From NCBI GenBank assembly GCA_043228905.1, contig JBHGNT010000043.1, forward strand, positions 62,001-126,000: a stretch of DNA of 64,000 nucleotides, written 5' to 3'. This document shows, piece by piece, positions 43,101-55,919 of the stretch. Numbering within the stretch: position 1 is the stretch's first letter; the number at the start of each line of letters is the position of its first letter. A model generated the notes under the pieces. That model did no database searches. It was not told the origin of the DNA and was given only the letters and a program-made list of their open reading frames with translations. The position numbers were made by a program, and so were the translations under genes. The stretch is from Azolla caroliniana (lineage: Eukaryota; Plantae; Polypodiophyta).

Positions 43101-46100
43101 CATGTCTCTCGACCTGAGTTTCAAAATCTTGATTTTTTAAATCCATATCATAGCTAGCGTTGTTAGCTTCGATTCGGAGGTTTGAACACTAAAATCCGAT
43201 ATCACACGAGCCACGTATGAACATTTTAATTTAGCTACTAGCTCTTCTCAACCACCTCCTCAAATTTGGTAATTTCCTCATGTCTCTCGACCTGAGTTTC
43301 AAAATCTTGATTTTTTAAATCCATATCATAGCTAGCGTTGTTAGCTTCGATTCGGAGGTTTGAACACTAAAATCCGATATCACACGAGCCACATATGAAC
43401 ATTTTAATTTACTCACGCGCTCTTCTCAACCACCTCCTCAAATTTGGTAATTTCTTCATGTCTCCTGACCTGAGTTTCAAAATCTTGATTTTTTAATTCC
43501 ATATCATAGGTAGCGTTGTTAGTTTCGATTCGCTTGTTTGAACACAAAAATCCGATATCACACGAGCCACGTATGAACATTTTAATTTAGCTACTAGCTC
43601 TTCTCAACCACCTCCTCAAATTTGGTAATTTCTTCATGTCTCTTGACCTGAGTTTCAAAATCTTGGTTTTTTAATTCTATATCATAGCTAGCGTTGTTAG
43701 CTTCGATTCGCATGTTTGAACACAAAAATCCGATATCACAGGAGCCACGTATGAACATTTTAATTTACTCACGCGCTCTTCTCAACTCCCTCCTCAAATT
43801 TGCTAATTTCGTCATGTATCTCTACCTGAGTTTCAAAATCTTGATTTTTTAATTCCATATCATAGCTAGCGTTGTTAGTTTCGATTTGCATGTTTGAACA
43901 CAAAAATCCGATATCACACGAGCCACGTATGAAAATTTTAATTTGGCTACTAGCTCTTCTCAACCACCTCCTCAAATTTAGTAATTTCGTCATGTCTCTC
44001 GACCTGAGTTTCAAAATCTTGATTTTTTAATTCTATATCATAGCTAGCGTTGTTAGCTTCGATTCGGAGGTTTGAACACTAAAATCCGATATCACACGAG
44101 CCACGTATGAACATTTTAATTTAGCTACTAGCTCTTCTCAACCACCTCCTCAAATTTGGTAATTTCCTCATGTCTCTCGACCTGAGTTTCAAAATCTTGA
44201 TTTTTTAAATCCATATCATAGCTAGCGTTGTTAGCTTCGATTCGGAGGTTTGAACACTAAAATCCGATATCACACGAGCCACGTATGAACATTTTAATTT
44301 AGCTACTAGCTCTTCTCAACCACCTCCTCAAATTTGGTAATTTCCTCATGTCTCTCGACCTGAGTTTCAAAATCTTGATTTTTTAAATCCATATCATAGC
44401 TAGCGTTGTTAGCTTCGATTCGGAGGTTTGAACACTAAAATCCGATATCACACGAGCCACATATGAACATTTTAATTTACTCACGCGCTCTTCTCAACCA
44501 CCTCCTCAAATTTGGTAATTTCTTCATGTCTCCTGACCTGAGTTTCAAAATCTTGATTTTTTAATTCCATATCATAGGTAGCGTTGTTAGTTTCGATTCG
44601 CAGGTTTGAACACAAAAATCCGATATCACACGAGCCAGGTATCAACATTTTAATTTAGCTACTAGCTCTTCTCAACCACCTCCTCAAATTTGGTAATTTC
44701 GTCATGTCTCTCGACCTGAGTTTCAAAATCTTGATTTTTTAATGCCATATCATAGGTAGCGTTGTTAGTTTCGATTCGCATGTTTGAACACAAAAATCAG
44801 ATATCACACGAGCCACATATGAACATTTTAATTTACTCACGCGCTCTTCTCAACTCCCTCCTCAAATTTGGTAATTTCGTCATGTCTCTCGACCTGAGTT
44901 TCAAAATCTTGATTTTCTAAATCTATATCATAGCTAGCGTTGTTAGCTTCGATTCGGAGGTTTGAACACTAAAATCCGACATCACACGAGCCACATATGA
45001 ATATTTTAATTTACTCACGCGCTCTTCTCAACTCCCTCCTCAAATTTGGTAATTTCGTCATGTCTCTCGACCTGAGTTTCAAAATCTTGATTTTTTAATT
45101 CGATATCATAGCTAGCGTTGTTAGCTTCGATTTGCTTGTTTGAACACAGAAATCCGATATCACACGAGCCAGGTATCAACATTTTAATTTAGCTACTAGC
45201 TCTTCTCAACCACCTCCTCAAATTTGGTAATTTCTTCATGTCTCTTGACCTGAGTTTCAAAATCTTGGTTTTTTAATTCTATATCATAGCTAGCGTTGTT
45301 AGCTTCGATTCGCATGTTTGAACACAAAAATCCGATATCACACGAGCCACGTATGAACATTTTAATTTACTCACGCGCTCTTCTCAACTCCCTCCTCAAA
45401 TTTGCTAATTTCGTCATGTATCTCTACCTGAGTTTCAAAATCTTGATTTTTTAATTCCATATCATAGCTAGCGTTGTTAGTTTCGATTTGCATGTTTGAA
45501 CACAAAAATCCGATATCACACGAGCCACGTATGAAAATTTTAATTTGGCTACTAGCTCTTCTCAACCACCTCCTCAAATTTAGTAATTTCGTCATGTCTC
45601 TCGACCTGAGTTTCAAAATCTTGATTTTTTAATTCTATATCATAGCTAGCGTTGTTAGCTTCGATTCGGAGGTTTGAACACTAAAATCCGATATCACACG
45701 AGCCACGTATGAACATTTTAATTTAGCTACTAGCTCTTCTCAACCACCTCCTCAAATTTGGTAATTTCCTCATGTCTCTCGACCTGAGTTTCAAAATCTT
45801 GATTTTTTAAATCCATATCATAGCTAGCGTTGTTAGCTTCGATTCGGAGGTTTGAACACTAAAATCCGATATCACACGAGCCACGTATGAACATTTTAAT
45901 TTAGCTACTAGCTCTTCTCAACCACCTCCTCAAATTTGGTAATTTCCTCATGTCTCTCGACCTGAGTTTCAAAATCTTGATTTTTTAAATCCATATCATA
46001 GCTAGCGTTGTTAGCTTCGATTCGGAGGTTTGAACACTAAAATCCGATATCACACGAGCCACATATGAACATTTTAATTTACTCACGCGCTCTTCTCAAC

Positions 46101-46110
46101 CACCTCCTCA
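37190..46110. repeat. 2670-bp 15-monomer higher-order repeat (6+9 substructure), ~3.3 copies
   Basis: ORF starts 37361, 38429, 40031, 41099, 42701, 43769 and 45371 alternate +1068 and +1602, summing to 2670 = 15x178. Confidence 0.92.
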
Positions 46111-49100
46111 AATTTGGTAATTTCGTCATGTCTCTCGACCTGAGTTTCAAAATCTTGATTTTTTAATTCCATATCATAGGTAGCGTTGTTAGTTTCGATT
46201 CGCATGTTTGAACACAAAAATCAGATATCACACGAGCCACATATGAACATTTTAATTTACTCACGCGCTCTTCTCAACTCCCTCCTCAAATTTGGTAATT
46301 TCGTCATGTCTCTCGACCTGAGTTTCAAAATCTTGATTTTCTAAATCCATATCATAGCTAGCGTTGTTAGCTTCGATTCGGAGGTTTGAACACTAAAATC
46401 CGACATCACACGAGCCACATATGAATATTTTAATTTACTCACGCGCTCTTCTCAACTCCCTCCTCAAATTTGGTAATTTCGTCATGTCTCTCAACCTGAG
46501 TTTCAAAATCTTGATTTTTTAATTCGATATCATAGCTAGCGTTGTTAGCTTCGATTTGCTTGTTTGAACACAGAAATCCGATATCACACGAGCCAGGTAT
46601 CAACATTTTAATTTAGCTACTAGCTCTTCTCAACCACCTCCTCAAATTTGGTAATTTCGTCATGTCTCTCGACCTGAGTTTCAAAATCTTGATTTTTTAA
46701 ATCCATATCATAGCTAGCGTTGTTAGCTTCGATTCGGAGGTTTGAACACTAAAATCCGATATGACACGAGCCACATATGAACATTTTAATTTACTCACGC
46801 GCTCTTCTCAACCACCTCCTCAAATTTGGTAATTTCGTCATGTCTCTCTACCTGAGTTTCAAAATCTTGATTTTTTAATTCCATATCATAGGTAGCGTTG
46901 TTAGTTTCGATTCGCATGTTTGAACACAAAAATCCGATATCACACGAGCCAGGTATCAACATTTTAATTTAGCTACTAGCTCTTCTCAACCACCTCCTCA
47001 AATTTGGTAATTTCGTCATGTCTCTCGACCTGAGTTTCAAAATCTTGATTTTTTAATTCCATATCATAGGTAGCGTTGTTAGTTTCGATTCGCATGTTTG
47101 AACACAAAAATCAGATATCACACGAGCCACATATGAACATTTTAATTTACTCACGCGCTTTTGTCAACTCCCTCCTCAAATTTGGTAATTTCGTCATGTC
47201 TCTTGACCTGAGTTTGAAAATCTTGGTTTTTTAATTCTATATCATAGCTAGCGTTGTTAGCTTCGATTCGAAGGTTTGAACACTAAAATCCGACATCACA
47301 CGAGCCACATATGAATATTTTAATTTACTCACGCGCTCTTCTCAACTCCCTCCTCAAATTTGCTAATTTCTTCATGTATCTCTACCTGAGTTTCAAAATC
47401 TTGATTTTTTAATTCCATATCATAGCTAGCGTTGTTAGCTTCGATTTGCTTGTTTGAACACAGAAATCCGTATCACACGAGCCACGTATGAACATTTTAA
47501 TTTAGCTACTAGCTCTTCTCAACCACCTCCTCAAATTTGGTAATTTCGTCATGTCTCTCGACCTGAGTTTCAAAATCTTGATTTTTTAAATCCATATCAT
47601 AGCTAGCGTTGTTAGCTTCGATTCGGAGGTTTGAACACTAAAATCCGATATGACACGAGCCACATATGAACATTTTAATTTACTCACGCGCTCTTCTCAA
47701 CCACCTCCTCAAATTTGGTAATTTCGTCATGTCTCTCGACCTGAGTTTCAAAATCTTGATTTTTTAATTCCATATCATAGGTAGCGTTGTTAGTTTCGAT
47801 TCGCATGTTTGAACACAAAAATCCGATATCACACGAGCCAGGTATCAACATTTTAATTTAGCTACTAGCTCTTCTCAACCACCTCCTCAAATTTGGTAAT
47901 TTCTTCATGTCTCTTGACCTGAGTTTCAAAATCTTGGTTTTTTAATTCTATATCATAGCTAGCGTTGTTAGCTTTGATTCGGAGGTTTGAAAACTAAAAT
48001 CCGACATCACACGAGCCACATATGAATATTTTAATTTACTCACGCGCTCTTCTCAACTCCCTCCTCAAATTTGCTAATTTCTTCATGTATCTCTACCTGA
48101 GTTTCAAAATCTTGATTTTTTAATTCCATATCATAGCTAGCGTTGTTAGCTTCGATTTGCTTGTTTGAACACAGAAATCCGATATCACACGAGCCAGGTA
48201 TCAACATTTTAATTTAGCTACTAGCTCTTCTCAACCACCTCCTCAAATTTGGTAATTTCGTCATGTCTCTCGACCTGAGTTTCAAAATCTTGATTTTTTA
48301 AATCCATATCATAGCTAGCGTTGTTAGCTTCGATTCGGAGGTTTGAACACTAAAATCCGATATCACACGAGCCACATATGAACATTTTAATTTACTCACG
48401 CGCTCTTCTCAACCACCTCCTCAAATTTGGTAATTTCGTCATGTCTCTCGACCTGAGTTTGAAAATCTTGATTTTTTAATTCCATATCATAGGTAGCGTT
48501 GTTAGTTTCGATTCGCATGTTTGAACACAAAAATCCGATATCACACGAGCCACGTATGAACATTTTAATTTACTCACGCGCTCTTCTCAACCACCTCCTC
48601 AAATTTGCTAATTTCGTCATGTCTCTCGACCTGAGTTTCACAATCTTGATTTTTTAATTCCATATCATAGCTAGCGTTGTTAGCTTCGATTTGCTTGTTT
48701 GAACACAAAAATCCGATATCACACGAGCTACGTATGAACATTTTAATTTAGCTACTAGCTCTTCTCAACCACCTCCTCAAATTTGGTAATTTCGTCATGT
48801 CTCTCGACCTGAGTTTCAAAATCTTGATTTTTTAAATCCATATCATAGCTAGCGTTGTTAGCTTCGATTCGGAGGTTTGAACACTAAAATCCGATATGAC
48901 ACGAGCCACATATGAACATTTTAATTTACTCACGCGCTCTACTCAACCACCTCCTCAAATTTGGTAATTTCGTCATGTCTCTCGACCTGAGTTTCAAAAT
49001 CTTGATTTTTTAATTCCATATCATAGGTAGCGTTGTTAGTTTCGATTCGCATGTTTGAACACAAAAATCCGATATCACACGAGCCAGGTATCAACATTTT

Positions 49101-52100
49101 AATTTAGCTACTAGCTCTTCTCAACCACCTCCTCAAATTTGGTAATTTCTTCATGTCTCTTGACCTGAGTTTCAAAATCTTGGTTTTTTAATTCTATATC
49201 ATAGCTAGCGTTGTTAGCTTCGATTCGGAGGTTTGAACACTAAAATCCGACATCACACGAGCCACATATGAATATTTTAATTTACTCACGCGCTCTTCTC
49301 AACTCCCTCCTCAAATTTGCTAATTTCGTCATGTCTCTCTACCTGAGTTTCAAAATCTTGATTTTTTAATTCCATATCATAGCTAGCGTTGTTAGCTTCG
49401 ATTTGCTTGTTTGAACACAGAAATCCGATATCACACGAGCCAGGTATCAACATTTTAATTTAGCTACTAGCTCTTCTCAACCACCTCCTCAAATTTGGTA
49501 ATTTCGTCATGTCTCTCGACCTGAGTTTCAAAATCTTGTTTTTTTAAATCCATATCATAGCTAGCGTTGTTAGCTTCGATTCGGAGGTTTGAACACTAAA
49601 ATCCGATATCACACGAGCCACATATGAACATTTTAATTTACTCACGCGCTCTTCTCAACCACCTCCTCAAATTTGGTAATTTCGTCATGTCTCTCGACCT
49701 GAGTTTCAAAATCTTGATTTTTTAATTCCATATCATAGGTAGCGTTGTTAGTTTCGATTCGCATGTTTGAACACAAAAATCCGATATCACACGAGCCACG
49801 TATGAACATTTTAATTTACTCACGCGCTCTTCTCAACCACCTCCTCAAATTTGCTAATTTCGTCATGTCTCTCGACCTGAGTTTCACAATCTTGATTTTT
49901 TAATTCCATATCATAGCTAGCGTTGTTAGCTTCGATTTGCTTGTTTGAACACAAAAATCCGATATCACACGAGCTACGTATGAACATTTTAATTTACTCA
50001 CGCGCTCTTCTCAACCACCTCCTCAAATTTGGTAATTTCGTCATGTCTCTCGACCTGAGTTTCAAAATCTTGATTTTTTAATTCCATATCATAGGTAGCG
50101 TTGTTAGTTTCGATTCGCATGTTTGAACACAAAAATCCGATATCACACGAGCCACGTATGAACATTTTAATTTACTCACGCGCTCTTCTCAACCACCTCC
50201 TCAAATTTGGTAATTTCGTCAGGTCTCTCGACCTGAGTTTCAAAATCTTGATTTTTTAATTCCATATCATAGGTAGCGTTGTTAGTTTCGATTCGCATGT
50301 TTGAACACAAAAATCCGATATCACACGAGCCACGTATGAACATTTTAATTTACTCACGCGCTCTTCTCAACCACCTCCTCAAATTTGCTAATTTCGTCAT
50401 GTCTCTCGACCTGAGTTTCACAATCTTGATTTTTTAATTCCATATCATAGCTAGCGTTGTTAGCTTCGATTTGCTTGTTTGAACACAAAAATCCGATATC
50501 ACACGAGCTACGTATGAACATTTTAATTTAGCTACTAGCTCTTCTCAACCACCTCCTCAAATTTGGTAATTTCTTCATGTCTCTCGACCTGAGTTTCAAA
50601 ATCTTGATTTTTTAATTCTATATCATAGCTAGCGTTGTTAGCTTCGTTCGCATGTTTGAACACAAAAATCCGATATCACACGAGCCACGTATGAACATTT
50701 TAATTTACTCACGCGCTCTTCTCAACTCCCTCCTCAAATTTGCTAATTTCGTCATGTCTCTCTACCTGAGTTTCAAAATCTTGATTTTCTAAATCCATAT
50801 CATAGCTAGCGTTGTTAGCTTCGATTCGGAGGTTTGAACACTAAAATCCGACATCACACGAGCCACATATGAACATTTTAATTTACTCACGCGCTCTTCT
50901 CAACCACCTCCTTAAATTTGGTAATTTCGTTGTGTCTCTCGACCTGAGTTTCAAGATCTTGAGTTTTTAATTCTTTATCATAGCTAGCGTTGTTAGCTTC
51001 GATTCGCATGTTTGAACACAAAAATCCGATATCACACGAGCCACGTATGAACATTTTAATTTACTCACGCGCTCTTCTCAACTCCCTCCTCAAATTTGCT
51101 AATTTCGTCATGTCTCTCGACCTGAGTTTCAAAATCTTGATTTTGTAATTTTATATCCTAGATAGCGTTGTTAGCTTCGATTCGCATGTTTGAACACAAA
51201 AATCCGATATCACACGAGCCAGGTATCAACATTTTAATTTAGCTACTAGCTCTTCTCAACCACCTCCTCAAATTTGGTAATTTCTTCATGTTTCTCGACC
51301 TGAGTTTCAAAATCTTGATTTTTTAATTCCATATCATAGCTAGCGTTGTTAGCTTCGTTCGCATGTTTGAACACAAAAATCCGATATCACACGAGCCACG
51401 TATGAACATTTTAATTTACTCACGCGCTCTTCTCAACTCCCTCCTCAAATTTGCTAATTTCGTCATGTCTCTCTACCTGAGTTTCAAAATCTTGATTTTC
51501 TAAATCCATATCATAGCTATCGTTGTTAGCTTCGATTCGGAGGTTTGAACACTAAAATCCGACATCACACGAGCCACATATGAACATTTTAATTTACTCA
51601 CGCGCTCTTCTCAACCACCTCCTCAAATTTGGTAATTTCGTCATGTCTCTCGACCTGAGTTTCAAAATCTTGATTTTTTAATTCCATATCATAGCTAGCG
51701 TTGTTAGTTTCGATTTGCATGTTTGAACACAAAAATCCGATATCACACGAGCCACGTATGAACATTTTAATTTACTCACGCGCTCTTCTCAACCACCTCC
51801 TCAAATTTGGTAATTTCGTCATGTCTCTCGACCTGAGTTTCACAATCTTGATTTTTTAATTCCATATCATAGCTAGCGTTGTTAGTTTCGATTTGCTTGT
51901 TTGAACACAAAAATCCGATATCACACGAGCCACGTATGAACATTTTAATTTAGCTACTAGCTCTTCTCAACCACCTCCTCAAATTTGGTAATTTCTTCAT
52001 GTCTCTTGACCTGAGTTTCAAAATCTTGGTTTTTTAATTCTATATCATAGCTAGCGTTGTTAGCTTCGATTCGCATGTTTGAACACAAAAATCCGATATC

Positions 52101-55100
52101 ACACGAGCCACGTATGAACATTTTAATTTACTCACGCGCTCTTCTCAACTCCCTCCTCAAATTTGCTAATTTCGTCATGTATCTCTATCTGAGTTTCAAA
52201 ATCTTGATTTTTTAATTCCATATCATAGCTAGCGTTGTTAGTTTCGATTTGCATGTTTGAACACAAAAATCCGATATCACACGAGCCACGTATGAAAATT
52301 TTAATTTGGCTACTAGCTCTTCTCAACCACCTCCTCAAATTTAGTAATTTCGTCATGTCTCTCGACCTGAGTTTCAAAATCTTGATTTTTTAATTCTATA
52401 TCATAGCTAGCGTTGTTAGCTTCGATTCGGAGGTTTGAACACTAAAATCCGATATGACACGAGCCACATATGAACATTTTAATTTACTCACGCGCTCCTC
52501 TCAACCACCTCCTCAAATTTGGTAATTTCGTCATGTCTCTCGACCTGAGTTTCAAAATCTTGATTTTTTAATTCCATATCATAGGTAGCGTTGTTAGTTT
52601 CGATTTGCTTGTTTGAACACAAAAATCCGTATCACACGAGCCACGTATGAACATTTTAATTTAGCTACTAGCTCTTCTCAACCACCTCCTCAAATTTGGT
52701 AATTTCGTCATGTCTCTCGACCTGAGTTTCAAAATCTTGATTTTTTAAATCCATATCATAGCTAGCGTTGTTAGCTTCGATTCGGAGGTTTGAACACTAA
52801 AATCCGATATCACACGAGCCACATATGAACATTTTAATTTACTCACGCGCTCTTCTCAACCACCTCCTCAAATTTGCTAATTTCGTCATGTCTCTCGACC
52901 TGAGTTTCAAAATCTTGATTTTTTAATTCCATATCATAGGTAGCGTTGTTAGTTTCGATTCGCATGTTTGAACACAAAAATCCGATATCACACGAGCCAG
53001 GTATCAACATTTTAATTTAGCTACTAGCTCTTCTCAACCACCTCCTCAAATTTGGTAATTTCGTCATGTCTCTCGACCTGAGTTTCAAAATCTTGATTTT
53101 TTAATTCCATATCATAGGTAGCGTTGTCAGGTTCGATTCGGATGTTTGAACACGAAAATCCGATATCACACGAGCCACGTATGAACATTTTAATTTAGCT
53201 ACTAGCTCTTCTCAACCACCTCCTCAAATTTGGTAATTTCGTCATGTCTCTCGACCTGAGTTTCAAAATCTTGATTTTTTAAATCCATATCATAGCTAGC
53301 GTTGTTAGCTTCGATTCGGAGGTTTGAACACTAAAATCCGATATCACACGAGCCACATATGAACATTTTAATTTACTCACGCGCTCTTCTCAACCACCTC
53401 CTCAAATTTGGTAATTTCGTCATGTCTCTCGACCTGAGTTTCAAAATCTTTATTTTTTAATTCCATATCATAGGTAGCGTTGTTAGTTTCGATTCGCATG
53501 TTTGAACACAAATATCCGATATCACACGAGCGAGGTATCAACATTTTAATTTAGCTACTAGCTCTTCTCAACCACCTCCTCAAATTTGGTAATTTCGTCA
53601 TGTCTCTCGACCTGAGTTTCAAAATCTTGATTTTCTAAATCCATATCATAGCTAGCGTTGTTAGCTTCGATTCGGAGTTTGAACACTAAAATCCGACATC
53701 ACACGAGCCACATATGAACATTTTAATTTACTCACGCGCTCTTCTCAACCACCTCCTCAAATTTGGTAATTTCGTCATGTCTCTCGACCTGAGTTTCAAA
53801 ATCTTGATTTTTTAATTCCATATCATAGCTAGCGTTATTAGCTTCGATTCGCATGTTTGAACACAAAAATCCGATATCACACGAGCCACGTATGAACATT
53901 TTAATTTACTCACGCGCTCTTCTCAACCACCTCCTCAAATTTGGTAATTTCGTCATGTCTCTCGACCTGAGTTTTAAATTCTTGATTTTTTAAATCAATA
54001 TCATAGCTAGCGTTGTTAGCTTCGATTCGGAGGTTTGAACACTAAAATCCGATATCACACGAGCCACATATGAACATTTTAATTTACTCACGCGCTCCTC
54101 TCAACCACCTCCTCAAATTTGGTAATTTCTTCATGTCTCTCGACCTGAGTTTCAAAATCTTGATTTTTTAATTCTATATCATAGCTAGCGTTGTTAGTTT
54201 CGATTCGCATGTTTGAACACAAATATCCGATATCACACGAGCGAGGTATCAACATTTTAATTTAGCTACTAGCTCTTCTCAACCACCTCCTCAAATTTGG
54301 TAATTTCGTCATGTCTCTCGACCTGAGTTTCAAAATCTTGATTTTCTAAATCCATATCATAGCTAGCGTTGTTAGCTTCGATTCGGAGTTTGAACACTAA
54401 AATCCGACATCACACGAGCCACATATGAACATTTTAATTTACTCACGCGCTCTTCTCAACCACCTCCTCAAATTTGGTAATTTCGTCATGTCTCTCGACC
54501 TGAGTTTCAAAATCTTGATTTTTTAATTCCATATCATAGCTAGCGTTATTAGCTTCGATTCGCATGTTTGAACACAAAAATCCGATATCACACGAGCCAC
54601 GTATGAACATTTTAATTTACTCACGCGCTCTTCTCAACCACCTCCTCAAATTTGGTAATTTCGTCATGTCTCTCGACCTGAGTTTCAAATTCTTGATTTT
54701 TTAAATCAATATCATAGCTAGCGTTGTTAGCTTCGATTCGGAGTTTTGAACACTAAAATCCGATATCACACGAGCCACATATGAACATTTTAATTTACTC
54801 ACGCGCTCTTCTCAACCACCTCCTCAAATTTGGTAATTTCTTCATGTCTCTCGACCTGAGTTTCAAAATCTTGATTTTTTAATTCTATATCATAGCTAGC
54901 GTTGTTAGCTTCGATTCGCATGTTTGAACACAAAAATCCGATATCACACGAGCCACGTATGAACATTTTAATTTACTCACGCGCTCTTCTCAACTCCCTC
55001 CTCAAATTTGCTAATTTCGTCATGTCTCTCTACCTGAGTTTCAAAATTTTGATTTTTTAATTCGATATCATAGCTAGCGTTGTTAGTTTCGATTTGCATG

Positions 55101-55919
55101 TTTGAACACAAAAATCCGATATCACACGAGCCACGTATGAAAATTTTAATTTACTCACGCGCTCTTCTCAACTCCCTCCTCAAATTTGCTAATTTCGTCA
55201 TGTCTCTCGACCTGAGTTTCAAAATCTTGATTTTTTAATTCCATATCATAGGTAGCGTTGTCAGTTTCGATTCGGATGTTTGAACACGAAAATCCGATAT
55301 CACACGAGCCACGTATGAACATTTTAATTTAGCTACTAGCTCTTCTCAACCACCTCCTCAAATTTGGTAATTTCGTCATGTCTCTCGACCTGAGTTTCAA
55401 AATCTTGATTTTTTAAATCCATATCATAGCTAGCGTTGTTAGCTTCGATTCGGAGGTTTGAACACTAAAATCCGATATCACACGAGCCACATATGAACAT
55501 TTTAATTTACTCACGCGCTCTTCTCAACCACCTCCTCAAATTTGGTAATTTCGTCATGTCTCTCGACCTGAGTTTCAAAATCTTGATTTTTTAATTCCAT
55601 ATCATAGGTAGCGTTGTTAGCTTCGATTCGGAGGTTTGAACACTAAAATCCGATATCACACGAGCCACATATGAACATTTTAATTTACTCACGCGCTCTT
55701 CTCAACCACCTCCTCAAATTTGGTAATTTCGTCATGTCTCTCGACCTGAGTTTCAAATTCTTGATTTTTTAAATCAATATCATAGCTAGCGTTGTTAGCT
55801 TCGATTCGGAGGTTTGAACACTAAAATCCGATATCACACGAGCCACATATGAACATTTTAATTTACTCACGCGCTCTTCTCAACCACCTCCTCAAATTTG
55901 GTAATTTCGTCATGTCTCT

